Of a stretch of 64,000 nucleotides of DNA, positions 45,471-54,604 are shown piece by piece. The position numbers and the translations under genes were made by a program. Each line of letters starts with the position of its first letter. Within the stretch, counting starts at the first letter, position 1. The stretch lies in the IMG/VR virus record IMGVR_UViG_3300002835_000006, one strand, 5' to 3'. The notes under the pieces are model-generated. The model saw only the letters and a list, made by a program, of their open reading frames with translations, did not search any database and was not told the DNA's origin. The stretch comes from a virus (taxonomy: Duplodnaviria; Caudoviricetes).

Positions 45471-46146
45471 ATATCTTGTCCTTATATCCAAAGAAATCTT
45501 TAATCCAATTTCCTCCTTTAAAAAAATCTTTTAAGTCCTCAGGTATTCCTGAGTTGACATCAGGTGAATTAGTATTATTCTCTGCTTTTTTTGAAACATC
45601 AGATGACGCCATTACACCACTTGATGTTCCAGCTTCTACATCCCCATCATATGCTTCATCAGTCATATTAGACACGTGAACATGGTCATCATGACCCTCG
45701 AAACCAAATGTCAAAAAAGCTTTCGGGTTACTTTTACCCTCCGAGTTCTTTTTGTAACCCATGTTCAAAAGAGTATTTGTAAATTTCTCAACGACTTCTC
45801 TATTTTTCGGAGCAACAACTACTTTTTTACCATCAGGTAGAATTATAAAATCGATATCCACTGCACCTTGTCTCCAATGTCTACTGACATGACCACTTGC
45901 ACTGAGTTTACGATGTCCTGTTTTCGCCCAATCAATTGTGATTTTGAAATTATTTACTTCAGCTGCTTTTTGTAAATCATCTAAAAGGGCTTTAGGTAAC
46001 TTATCCTTTTTTGTTCTTCCGTGGAAAATTAAATTTGGGTATTTTGATTCACTAGATTCTACATCAATCAAAACCTCATTGATAAAATTTTTGTTGGATA
46101 AAATCTTATCGAAAGTTTGCGATATTTTATGTTCTACTATATTCAC
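45469..46146 (-). CDS. Putative M15/LAS-type zinc peptidase
   Basis: SRHWRQGAVDID (H-x6-D) and GHDDHVHVS (HxH). Confidence 0.6.
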   Translation of the reverse strand: MNIVEHKISQTFDKILSNKNFINEVLIDVESSESKYPNLIFHGRTKKDKLPKALLDDLQKAAEVNNFKITIDWAKTGHRKLSASGHVSRHWRQGAVDIDFIILPDGKKVVVAPKNREVVEKFTNTLLNMGYKKNSEGKSNPKAFLTFGFEGHDDHVHVSNMTDEAYDGDVEAGTSSGVMASSDVSKKAENNTNSPDVNSGIPEDLKDFFKGGNWIKDFFGYKDKI

Positions 46147-46170
46147 AAATCATAAATATTTGAGAAATAA

Positions 46171-46195
46171 AAAAAACCTGTTAGACAGGTTTTTT
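46171..46195 (-). terminator. Terminator
   Basis: AAAAAACCTG-TTAGA-CAGGTTTTTT. Confidence 0.65.
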
Positions 46196-46483
46196 ATAAC
46201 TTAGAACTTTCTTCCCTTTAGTATCTGAAGGAGGTGGGACAATAGGTTTTTTTTCCTTTTTAGTAGGTGGATTCAATCCGAATTTAATCCATTTGTACCA
46301 AATTCTTTCATGAATATAATATTGGATTGGTTTATATATAAGCTCAACAACACCAAAAGCTGCACCAATTTTTATATCTCCCGAAACCCACCACATACCG
46401 AGAAAACCTATTGTTGTACTTAAAATTCTATAAGTAATTGTTTTAGCTAAATGCCTTTTGTAAGATACTTTAGTCTGACTCAT
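46181..46483 (-). CDS. DUF2061-like membrane protein
   Basis: KRHLAKTITYRIL...ELIYKPIQYYIHERIW. Confidence 0.75.
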   Translation of the reverse strand: MSQTKVSYKRHLAKTITYRILSTTIGFLGMWWVSGDIKIGAAFGVVELIYKPIQYYIHERIWYKWIKFGLNPPTKKEKKPIVPPPSDTKGKKVLSYKKPV

Positions 46484-46865
46484 ATTTTTCTATTGTTGGC
46501 GGACCACCAATACTGGCAAAACCACCGTCTCTGATAAAATTTATCCCAATCGCCCTTTCAATTTGAGGTGCTTCTGGGTCTTTATCATTAAATATAACGC
46601 GAGTGCCTCTTCCGCAATCCATAACTAACTGATGGTATTTCAATCCGACTTTTTCAAGTTCTTGTTTTGTGAATAATTCATATGTGGACGGTCTCGCCGT
46701 TGTAACAATTATGACCGAACCTTTTTCATATTGGTTGTTCAAATAATCGATTACGTCCTGTATAGGCTCTAAAATTGATTCAGAAAGTTTACTGAATTTT
46801 CTATATTTGACAATTGTACCATCAATGTCAACAAAAAAGGTCGGATTTTTAATTATTTTATTCAT
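46470..46865 (-). CDS. HAD-superfamily phosphatase (PNKP phosphatase-like)
   Basis: FFVDIDGTIV, TTARP, T...L...GL.Y..L.M, RVIFNDK. Confidence 0.75.
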   Translation of the reverse strand: MNKIIKNPTFFVDIDGTIVKYRKFSKLSESILEPIQDVIDYLNNQYEKGSVIIVTTARPSTYELFTKQELEKVGLKYHQLVMDCGRGTRVIFNDKDPEAPQIERAIGINFIRDGGFASIGGPPTIEKYESD

Positions 46866-46876
46866 ATGTAAAAATA

Positions 46877-46955
46877 AGTGGCCAGAGGTTGATGGGATTT
46901 TACCTCGGGGCTAGCACCCTTTCATTGCTGCAGCAATTACATCAACATAGCCACC
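46877..46955 (-). ncRNA. Structured multi-helix element upstream of the HAD/DUF2061 operon
   Basis: GGTGGC/GCCACT, GTTGATG/CATCAAC, ATTGC-TGCA-GCAAT, GGG...CCC. Confidence 0.45.
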
Positions 46956-46960
46956 ATTAG

Positions 46961-47086
46961 TTAGAATGTAATGTTATCGTTGTACTGTTCCCATTCGGAA
47001 CCTCCAACAAAAATATTTTCACTACTAACCGTTTTCTTTTTTTTCTTCAATTTCAGAAGATTTGAAATTTTTTTTATTAAGTTCAT
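46961..47086 (-). CDS. Possible 41-aa small ORF (not in the ORF track)
   Basis: MNLIKKISNLLKLKKKKKTVSSENIFVGGSEWEQYNDNITF; overlaps the upstream gene. Confidence 0.3.
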   Translation of the reverse strand: MNLIKKISNLLKLKKKKKTVSSENIFVGGSEWEQYNDNITF

Positions 47087-47243
47087 CAATCGATATTTCA
47101 TCATTTTTCCAGTTTTTCCAAATGTCAAAATCTTTCAAATCTTCAATTGTTTTTTCATGGATTAAAATGAAACCTTCAGGTGCACAACCTTGAAATTTCG
47201 TCTTTAATCCTTTTTCTTCAATAAGTTTTTTTAAATCAATCAT
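47025..47243 (-). CDS. Hypothetical protein
   Basis: 72-aa ORF. Confidence 0.6.
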   Translation of the reverse strand: MIDLKKLIEEKGLKTKFQGCAPEGFILIHEKTIEDLKDFDIWKNWKNDEISIDELNKKNFKSSEIEEKKENG

Positions 47244-47326
47244 TGTTCGAAGATAATCAAAATTAAACTATTTATTTCAGAAAACAAAGTCTTAGGACAT
47301 AAACTTTAAATAGTAATACATGGAAG

Positions 47327-47551
47327 ATGGTGAAAAAAATATCCACTTGGAGAAACACTCTCCAAGACAATTTATCTCAAGTGTTTCTAATGTTAGCACT
47401 TTTCTTCAATCCTTTTGGATTCGATGCCGTTCAGTATTCCCTGTTGTTACTGACAGGAAGTTTATGGAAAGCGAACTTCGTTTTGTATTGTATTGCGGCT
47501 TTCTTTTTTGGATTATATATCTATTTTCGAAAGTTATCTAAAGAGCTTTGA
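47327..47551 (+). CDS. Small two-TM membrane protein
   Basis: VFLMLALFFNPFGFD and FVLYCIAAFFFGLYIYF. Confidence 0.6.
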   Translation: MVKKISTWRNTLQDNLSQVFLMLALFFNPFGFDAVQYSLLLLTGSLWKANFVLYCIAAFFFGLYIYFRKLSKEL

Positions 47552-49016
47552 GTTCTCCTGATTTGAATGCATCAAAGTTTGGTCCTTTTGTTAAAAAGAA
47601 TTCTCTACCGACTTTTCTATATCCCAATATACCTGCGTTTTTTGCTGCGGCAAAGAATGAAGCGTGTTGACCTCTCAAATCACGTGGCGTGTACAAATGT
47701 TGACCATTGTGTCTTCTAAACATAATTTTCCCATAGTTATTTATTTTGACAATATACCCGATGTCTGTCAAAAAATCTAGTTTCGTTCCTATTTTCCCTG
47801 AATCTAAATAATCGACAAGTTTCTTCACCCAACCTTTATTTTTACTAAATGTATACCCATAAGTTGATGTAAACACCTTTGCAGAACCAACAACTTTTTG
47901 TTGTAATTCTGCGTTAGCTTTGACATAATCTAAAACTTTACTTGCGATATGATTTCTGACTGAATCGGCAGTGGTTTGTGGAAATCCTTGAATCATATAT
48001 TTGGAATCAAAACCCCAACCTTCCAAACCTAAATCGATAAAATCTTCTGTATCAATAAAATCATCAGTTCCCATAAACCCGATACTGGCAGAAAATGTTT
48101 TCCTATCCTCCGATTTATATGTTATAAAAATTACATAGGAATCAATCAGTTTTTTATTGTGAGAAATTGAAATTTGTCCGTTTGCATGACCAGGACCTAA
48201 GTCATTTATAGTTTCGAATCCTTCAGCTGATACAGTCAGATTACCATCTTTTCTCAAATACTTTTCTATTGTTCTGAGAGAAGCTCCTGATGAGTTGAAA
48301 ACTTCGTTCAAAAATGTTTCTTGTGCGGAGCTCGCAATTTTTTTATAATCCTTTTCTATAACTTCAATCATTTCGGGAAATGCGTATTTGAAAACTTCAA
48401 CTTCTCTTTCATTCATGCCGTCATCCTGAGAGTCCCAATATCTTGGATTACCCATTCCGTCATAATGAATTGCAACTTTTGAGTAGTTTTTATTTGTGGA
48501 ATTTGTTTTATTGATTACATAATACAAAGCTTGGCCTCCCGATGTATATCTTTTGAAGTGGTCATCAGATTGAGATGTTGTACACCATTTAGTATTTGCA
48601 CCATATTTACAAGACGCTTGGTGTGTTTTTGGTTTCATCACAAGAAATTTATCGTCCTCGTAAATTTTTTCTACTTGTTTTTCTAAAATTTTTTCTTTCT
48701 CTCTGACTCTGACAGGGTAAAGGGCTTTTTCAAGCTCAAGATAGCTTCCATATTGATTTATATCTTTTTTTTCTAACTGAGATTGATATTTGTCAAAATC
48801 TTTGATTGCCCAGATTGTACTCTCAATATCATCTTCTAATGTCTCACTATCCTTAGGTAAAGTTCTCAATACAAAGTCAGTGTATTTGTGATTGAAATCT
48901 TTTAAATCAGAAATATTCAAAATAAATTCTAAATCTTGTTCATTAAATTTAGTAGAATATTTTTTCTTCAAATCTTCCTTTCGACCTTCTTTAATTAAAA
49001 TGGAAACCAACTTCAT
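47538..49016 (-). CDS. Protein with KYG.xT.WCTT motif (paralog of 15408..16382)
   Basis: Start moved to ATG 49016 (MKLVSILIKEG) after TATTTATA; the longer ORF runs into the tRNA. Confidence 0.75.
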   Translation of the reverse strand: MKLVSILIKEGRKEDLKKKYSTKFNEQDLEFILNISDLKDFNHKYTDFVLRTLPKDSETLEDDIESTIWAIKDFDKYQSQLEKKDINQYGSYLELEKALYPVRVREKEKILEKQVEKIYEDDKFLVMKPKTHQASCKYGANTKWCTTSQSDDHFKRYTSGGQALYYVINKTNSTNKNYSKVAIHYDGMGNPRYWDSQDDGMNEREVEVFKYAFPEMIEVIEKDYKKIASSAQETFLNEVFNSSGASLRTIEKYLRKDGNLTVSAEGFETINDLGPGHANGQISISHNKKLIDSYVIFITYKSEDRKTFSASIGFMGTDDFIDTEDFIDLGLEGWGFDSKYMIQGFPQTTADSVRNHIASKVLDYVKANAELQQKVVGSAKVFTSTYGYTFSKNKGWVKKLVDYLDSGKIGTKLDFLTDIGYIVKINNYGKIMFRRHNGQHLYTPRDLRGQHASFFAAAKNAGILGYRKVGREFFLTKGPNFDAFKSGELKAL

Positions 49017-49030
49017 ATGGTATAAATATA

Positions 49031-49058
49031 AAGAAAGGGAGATTAAAATCTCCCTTTC
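49031..49058 (-). terminator. Terminator after tRNA-Arg
   Basis: GAAAGGGAGAT-TAAA-ATCTCCCTTTC. Confidence 0.75.
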
Positions 49059-49061
49059 AAA

Positions 49062-49136
49062 TGGTAGTCCCGCGTGGAATCGAACCACGAATAACTGCTT
49101 AGAAGGCAGTGGTTATATCCGTTTAACTACAGGACC
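49062..49136 (-). tRNA. trnR: tRNA-Arg(UCU), CCA encoded
   Basis: ACTGC-CTTCTAA-GCAGT; GGTCCTG/CGGGACT, A73, CCA. Confidence 0.93.
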
Positions 49137-49140
49137 ATTG

Positions 49141-49491
49141 TCATTTCCAAAATAGTTGTATCAAAAGTATAACAAAACTCAGACATAAACAAATTAAAGT
49201 TTTTGTTGTCATAGGTTCTTTTAATATCCACCAAGCCATAACGCTAAAAACTATAACTCCAATTGAAAAACCAATTATTCTGTTGGGCCAAGTTTCTCCA
49301 TTATACAAACTAACCATTTCTCTACTTGCTAAGATAACTAAATAACTAATCGGAATTCCAATTATTGTCATTAAAAATGGATTACGTTTAATCCAATTAT
49401 TCCACAGATGACCTTGCAATTGATAAAAAGTGAAAGCCTGAGAAAACAAATAAACTGAAAGAATAAATACTATTGATAAAACCTTGTTCAT
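49141..49491 (-). CDS. Four-TM membrane protein (SMR/EamA-like)
   Basis: Four helices; W.ILKEPMT.KT.I.L resembles DMT-superfamily termini. Confidence 0.6.
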   Translation of the reverse strand: MNKVLSIVFILSVYLFSQAFTFYQLQGHLWNNWIKRNPFLMTIIGIPISYLVILASREMVSLYNGETWPNRIIGFSIGVIVFSVMAWWILKEPMTTKTLICLCLSFVILLIQLFWK

Positions 49492-49524
49492 TGTAACAAA
49501 TATATTAAAAGTTTGTTACAAAAA

Positions 49525-49550
49525 AAACCCCTCGTTTAAGGGAGGGGTTT
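49525..49550 (-). terminator. Terminator
   Basis: AAACCCCTC...GAGGGGTTT with flanking A/T runs. Confidence 0.7.
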
Positions 49551-49553
49551 CTT

Positions 49554-49892
49554 TTAGAGTGTTCTGAGAACATAACCGATTACGGATAATAGTCCGAGAA
49601 TTAGTGGTACTTGTGTTTTTGCTCCACCCATAAGTGATAGGTGAAGAACAACAGCTGCACTCATAAATGAGGTAATCAACACCATTCCGTAGAGTGATGT
49701 CATTGGGATTGCAAGTAAGATTACTCCGAGAAGTTCTCCAACTCCTGTGAGCATTCTGTACTTTTCCAACTTCATGAATGCGAAGTTTCCGACCATTTCT
49801 TGTGTTCCGATGATTTTCTCAATTGCGCCTTTGCCGAGCATTGCTCCAACAACAGCGGTGAGAGCCCATCCAATCATTGCTAAAATTGTCAT
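49554..49892 (-). CDS. DoxX-like membrane protein
   Basis: GAIEKIIG..EMV.NF...GVGELLGVILL.IP.T...G. Confidence 0.75.
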   Translation of the reverse strand: MTILAMIGWALTAVVGAMLGKGAIEKIIGTQEMVGNFAFMKLEKYRMLTGVGELLGVILLAIPMTSLYGMVLITSFMSAAVVLHLSLMGGAKTQVPLILGLLSVIGYVLRTL

Positions 49893-49994
49893 AAGTTTAA
49901 TTTTAAGATAAAAAAATAGATGAATAATTTGACAATGTCAAATAAAAAACCCCCACCACGAGGGTGAGGGTTAGTTACTGCGAATAATGAAATA

Positions 49995-52900
49995 TTATCT
50001 TCCGAAGATATATCTTAAACCGAGTTGACCTTGCCAAACGTCAAATACAGATGTATTCCACTGATAAGTGTCTCTGATGAGACCTACAGTAGTTGTACCA
50101 TTTGCGTTGAGGATTGGTTGAGTTGACAATCTGTAGACAGGTTCACCAGCTGTGTTAGTTGATGAATAGCTAAGGATTGCAGGGTTTGTAGCTCTTTGAG
50201 ATACACCCCAATCGTTGTTTAACATGTTACCAAAGTTCAAGATATCCAATCTGATTTGGAATGTGTTTCTGTGACCTTTGATATCGATGAAGAAATCTTG
50301 TTGAACAGACAAATCAAATCTGTGTAACATTGGAATAGCGAGAGCGTTTCTCTCAGCGTATTGACCTCTTCTTGTAGAAAGATATTTGTCTTGGTCGATG
50401 TAAGCGTCAAAAGCTGCTTGTTGTTGAGCTTCAGTGAAAGTTACACCGCCTGAAGTGAATTGAGCAAATTTGATGTCCGAACCTTTGTTTGGAACAAAGA
50501 TAAGTTCATTGTTATTCACTCTGTCACCGTTTAGGTCACCCGCTACGAAGTAGCTGAATGGGTTACCTTGTTGTCCTACATAACCTAAAGTTACAGTAGT
50601 TGCACCAGCACCTTTCTTAGCACCGTTCTCTAATCTATAACCAAGAAGACCAACAAATCTGTTAGGAATCCAGTTATCAGAGAAAGCTAAAGGAAGGTCG
50701 TTGTTTCCGTTGATTGCTCTTGCTGACTGCCAAGAACCAGAAGCAATTGAACCAGCACTCATGAAGTCTTTAGAAAGTGATGTAGTCCAAGCTGCAGAAC
50801 CCCAAAGACCTTTTTGGATTGGATATTTTAACTCGATAGTTGCTGATGTATTGTAAGCGCCATTTCTGTTTGTTAAAACCGCACCCATAGATACGTTGTC
50901 ATTTACTCTTACGCCAGCATCGTTTCTTGCGAAAACAGGTCTTTTGTCAGGACCTGCGAATACTCCTACAGGAACATCCAAGTTAGCGTTGTAGTAATGA
51001 ACAGCGTTCAAAAATCTATTGTACATAAGTTCCACAGTACCTACAAATCCGAATGGTAACTTCTTGTCTGCAGCAAGGTTAGTTTTCCATACTTGTGGGA
51101 ATTTGTAGTTGGGGTCAGTGAAAGCTAAATCAAAAGTAGAAGGAAGTGTTGGTGTAGAAGGAATGAAGTATTGGTTAGGGTTAGCTGTGAAACCGTAGTT
51201 AGCAGCTGCCGCACCTGATACATCGATAAATCCTGTAAGAACACCATTGTTTCCTACTTGGTTTGAAACGAATACATAAGGAGGTCTACCTGTGAATACA
51301 CCGGAACCACCTCTTACTTGTAAATCATTTTTACCTTTGTGATTATAGTTGAAACCAATTCTTGGTTCGAAGAGAACTTGTGTTTTTGGTAAAACACCTG
51401 TGTTGAATTTCTCACCACCAGCGAAAGTCATTGCAGTTACTGCAGGATTTTCTAATGCCGTGTTTTCGAAACCAATTACAGCCGCTCTCAAACCACCTGT
51501 GATTTTCAAATTAGCGTTGTACTGATACTCATCCTGAACATAGAGGTCAAGACGAGATGTTTTCAAAACTTGCATTGGTTCGATTCCACCAGGTAACGCT
51601 GAGTAACGAAGTTGGAATCTTGCAGGAGCAAGAGTTGAAGGTCTTCCACCGTTTGCTAATGATTGATTAGCTGCGGTGTAGAAATCAGTCAAAGAATTGA
51701 AGATATATACACCGTTTGAAGCGGGGAAGAATAAGTTGTTAGAACGATATTTCTCGAAGTTAACACCAGCCACAATTGTGTGCTTGTCCATAAATTTGGT
51801 CAAGTTGTTAGTGATGTGGAAAGTGTTATAGTCCAACTTGTTACCAGGAGTGAATGGGTCAAATCCTACAGAAGCGTAGGTTGCGGTACCATTCATGATA
51901 TCAATAGTTGGAAACATCTGTGAAAGATATCCTCTATTTTCAATCTGCTTGTCATAACCAACAATTAGGTTGTTGTGTAAGGTATTAGAAAATTTGCTGT
52001 TGAGTTCTAATACTGAAGAACGTGTGTTATCTTGAATGATGTATCCACTGTTCTTAAAACTCATTGCGTTGAACTGAGTAGTTCTGTTTCCTGCACCTGC
52101 AGATTGAGAGTTTGAAATGTTTATCTCAGCTTCTGAATTGTGCCAAACATAACGAGCAGTCAATTTGTGCTTGTCGTTGATGTTCCAGTCCATTCTCACC
52201 AAGAATTTCTCAGAAGTGTTTGAGTTGTTGTACCCTTCCCAAGGACCCGTCTCATAATTGAAATTTGTTCTCATGAAATCAGAAAGAGTTTTCATATCTG
52301 AATACAGAACTCTTGAGATTTGAGAACCAGCTAAAGGTGAACCTTGTGAAATCCAAGTCGTACCAGGTTCAGTTTTTGTAAGGTTTTCGTAGTTACCAAA
52401 AATGAATAATTTGTTTTTGATAATTGGAGCACCTAATCTGAAACCTCTTGTAGTTTCTTCGAATTTCGAAGCGGTTACAGTAGTTCCTTTAGCGTTGTTA
52501 CCAACATAACGTTGGTTGTCTCTGTTAAACTGATAATAAGAACCCTCTACTTTGTTGGAACCACTTCTTGTAACAGCGTTGATTCCAGCACCAACGAAAC
52601 CACTTTGACGAATGTCAAATGGAGCTACGTTGATTTGTAGTTGGTCAATCGCATCCAAAGAGATTGCAGTTGAACCAGTTCTACCACCAGCCTGAGCTGA
52701 AGAACCAAGACCGAAACCGTTGTTAAACTGAGAACCGTCAATTGTGAAGTTGTTCAATCTGCTATCAGCAGCTCCGAAAGAACGACCGTCACCCATTGGG
52801 TTGTACTTGGTGATTCCGTCAATAGTTCTTGCACCAGTAATGGGAACAGAAGTTAGTTCTCTCCTTCCAAATTGCTGAGACGCACCGGTTCTACCTGAGC

Positions 52901-53282
52901 TGAAAATGTTGTTTTTGTTTGAATTTACAACTACTTCAGTAAGGGTTTTAACTTCATTGACCAACACAATTTCCAAGGTAGTTGAAATACCAAGATTTGT
53001 ATTGATGTCTGTAAGCTCCTTCATTTTGTAACCCACATTAGAAACGTGAATTACATAAGGACCACCAGGACGCACAGCAGGAATGTTGAAAATACCAACT
53101 TTGTTTGTGATTGCACGATACTCAGAACCCGTAGGTTGGTGAACAGCATGAACCGACGCTCCCGCTAAAGCATCTCCTTTTTCATTTTTCACTACACCAG
53201 ACAGGGCAGAAGTTGTAATTTGCCCGAAAGATGCGAGAGTCACGAACAAGGATAAAAGTGACATCATGATTTGCTTTTTCAT
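49995..53282 (-). CDS. TonB-dependent outer-membrane receptor (Oar-like, N-terminal carboxypeptidase-regulatory-like domain)
   Basis: Signal peptide; GQITTSALSGVV...L.GASV.A.H.PTG; NNFTIDG, SLDAIDQLQINVAPFD.RQSGFVGAGINAVTRSG plug; C-terminal QLGLRYIF. Confidence 0.9.
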   Translation of the reverse strand: MKKQIMMSLLSLFVTLASFGQITTSALSGVVKNEKGDALAGASVHAVHQPTGSEYRAITNKVGIFNIPAVRPGGPYVIHVSNVGYKMKELTDINTNLGISTTLEIVLVNEVKTLTEVVVNSNKNNIFSSGRTGASQQFGRRELTSVPITGARTIDGITKYNPMGDGRSFGAADSRLNNFTIDGSQFNNGFGLGSSAQAGGRTGSTAISLDAIDQLQINVAPFDIRQSGFVGAGINAVTRSGSNKVEGSYYQFNRDNQRYVGNNAKGTTVTASKFEETTRGFRLGAPIIKNKLFIFGNYENLTKTEPGTTWISQGSPLAGSQISRVLYSDMKTLSDFMRTNFNYETGPWEGYNNSNTSEKFLVRMDWNINDKHKLTARYVWHNSEAEINISNSQSAGAGNRTTQFNAMSFKNSGYIIQDNTRSSVLELNSKFSNTLHNNLIVGYDKQIENRGYLSQMFPTIDIMNGTATYASVGFDPFTPGNKLDYNTFHITNNLTKFMDKHTIVAGVNFEKYRSNNLFFPASNGVYIFNSLTDFYTAANQSLANGGRPSTLAPARFQLRYSALPGGIEPMQVLKTSRLDLYVQDEYQYNANLKITGGLRAAVIGFENTALENPAVTAMTFAGGEKFNTGVLPKTQVLFEPRIGFNYNHKGKNDLQVRGGSGVFTGRPPYVFVSNQVGNNGVLTGFIDVSGAAAANYGFTANPNQYFIPSTPTLPSTFDLAFTDPNYKFPQVWKTNLAADKKLPFGFVGTVELMYNRFLNAVHYYNANLDVPVGVFAGPDKRPVFARNDAGVRVNDNVSMGAVLTNRNGAYNTSATIELKYPIQKGLWGSAAWTTSLSKDFMSAGSIASGSWQSARAINGNNDLPLAFSDNWIPNRFVGLLGYRLENGAKKGAGATTVTLGYVGQQGNPFSYFVAGDLNGDRVNNNELIFVPNKGSDIKFAQFTSGGVTFTEAQQQAAFDAYIDQDKYLSTRRGQYAERNALAIPMLHRFDLSVQQDFFIDIKGHRNTFQIRLDILNFGNMLNNDWGVSQRATNPAILSYSSTNTAGEPVYRLSTQPILNANGTTTVGLIRDTYQWNTSVFDVWQGQLGLRYIFGR

Positions 53283-53301
53283 GTTTGTTTTGTTTATTGG
53301 T

Positions 53302-53409
53302 TTATAAATAAAAAATCCCGAAGACATGCGCCAACGGGATTATTGTATTTTCAAAATTGTTAAAATAGTTCAGTCGATAAAAACTCATAAAATTTCTCCA
53401 CCCTTTCAT
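53302..53409 (-). CDS. Possible 35-aa uORF running through the upstream hairpin
   Basis: MKGWRNFMSFYRLNYFNNFENTIIPLAHVFGIFYL; downstream of TAACTTTG at 53448. Confidence 0.3.
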   Translation of the reverse strand: MKGWRNFMSFYRLNYFNNFENTIIPLAHVFGIFYL

Positions 53410-53519
53410 AACTACCCTGTCGAAAACAAAAATCCCAATCGACAACACAAAGTTAATAATTTTTTAATTGAGAATCAATAGGCGAAAAAAAACCCCCGAT
53501 TTCTCGGGGGGTCTCTTGG

Positions 53520-53633
53520 TTACTTTTTAAGCTTACCAATAAGTTTTGTGATATGTGGTCCCACCACAACTCCGACAACGACACCTACTAAAAAGTGCCA
53601 ATGCCATAAAAATTCAAAATTTTCCATACTCAT
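53520..53633 (-). CDS. 37-aa single-TM protein (not in the ORF track)
   Basis: MSMENFEFLWHWHFLVGVVVGVVVGPHITKLIGKLKK, followed by a terminator-like hairpin. Confidence 0.55.
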   Translation of the reverse strand: MSMENFEFLWHWHFLVGVVVGVVVGPHITKLIGKLKK

Positions 53634-53654
53634 TTTGGTTTAATTTTTAGACTT

Positions 53655-54101
53655 TTAAAGGTGATATTTTAATCCAAATCCTGTAAGACTTGAATGTTTA
53701 CCATCTTTAACAGTTCTTAGAATTGATTGTTCTAAGCACCATCTTTTGTTTATCCTATAACCAATGGAAGGAGCATAAGTAAATTGTCCTTTTTGTCCAT
53801 TGAAGAAGGTAACACCGCCATCAAGACCGATATGGAGTCCTTTTTTGAGGTGCTTACGGTATCCAACTAAAGCCGGCATTCTAACGAAACCTGCTTTATT
53901 CTGCATGAAACCAAAAGAGACGTTCCAATTTTTTTTGGAAAAATCTACTTTTTGACCCCAAGCTTTGGAATCCCAATCAACATTTTTTGCAATCGGTGCC
54001 ATAGCTGTTGCTCCAACGGAAATGTCCCATCCCCCTTTTTTCTGAGCAAATGTTGCTAATGAGAATACCATAGCAAAAAATAACAAAATGTGTTTTTTCA
54101 T
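53655..54101 (-). CDS. Small outer-membrane beta-barrel-like protein
   Basis: Signal peptide; amphipathic strands; C-terminal GFGLKYHL. Confidence 0.7.
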   Translation of the reverse strand: MKKHILLFFAMVFSLATFAQKKGGWDISVGATAMAPIAKNVDWDSKAWGQKVDFSKKNWNVSFGFMQNKAGFVRMPALVGYRKHLKKGLHIGLDGGVTFFNGQKGQFTYAPSIGYRINKRWCLEQSILRTVKDGKHSSLTGFGLKYHL

Positions 54102-54132
54102 TTGTTTTTTGTTTATTGATTTATAAATAAAA

Positions 54133-54170
54133 ATCCCATTCACAGACTCTTTCGAGTTGCGGATGGGACT
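54133..54170 (-). terminator. Terminator-like hairpin with GAAA loop
   Basis: Minus strand GTCCCATCCGCAACTC-GAAA-GAGTCTGTGAATGGGAT then TTTT. Confidence 0.6.
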
Positions 54171-54193
54171 GATATTTCTGTATTATAAATATT

Positions 54194-54601
54194 TCAATTT
54201 TCCGAAATATTCATTTTTTCAGTTTGTTCTCTGAGATAGTTACATTCAAATTCGGAGCAAGTTTGGGGTCTGATTTCATAAACCATACATGATTTGACCT
54301 GTGGATTGTAGAAAATACAAGGTAGTTTGGGATTAAAAAAATCTAATCTAAGAGCGGGAAAATTTTTGGGGTCTTGCCATGTTGATTTGTTAGGAAAAAG
54401 AGATTTACCTTCTTCATAGGTGATAAAAACTTCTTTGAACATGATTTCTCTGCCTAATTTGTTCGATAACCTATCAACGAAATCATATGCATCAAGGTGA
54501 GGACCTATGATGAAATCCCTTTCAGCTACTGTACAACATCCTCCGTGATTACCAGGAAAACCCATACATCTGTTACTACATATATTACAATCTGTACCCA
54601 T
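54194..54601 (-). CDS. YkgJ-family Cys-cluster (Zn/Fe-chelating) protein
   Basis: CNICSNRC...GGCC, PCIFY...C.VYEIRPQTC.EFEC. Confidence 0.8.
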   Translation of the reverse strand: MGTDCNICSNRCMGFPGNHGGCCTVAERDFIIGPHLDAYDFVDRLSNKLGREIMFKEVFITYEEGKSLFPNKSTWQDPKNFPALRLDFFNPKLPCIFYNPQVKSCMVYEIRPQTCSEFECNYLREQTEKMNISEN

Positions 54602-54604
54602 AAA

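Noticed and set aside
46961-47243. Programmed frameshift at the A8 run joining ORF 47025..47243 to the 41-aa ORF
   Set aside because: A-runs are ubiquitous in this genome, the small ORF has its own ATG, and no supporting stimulatory structure lies at the expected distance
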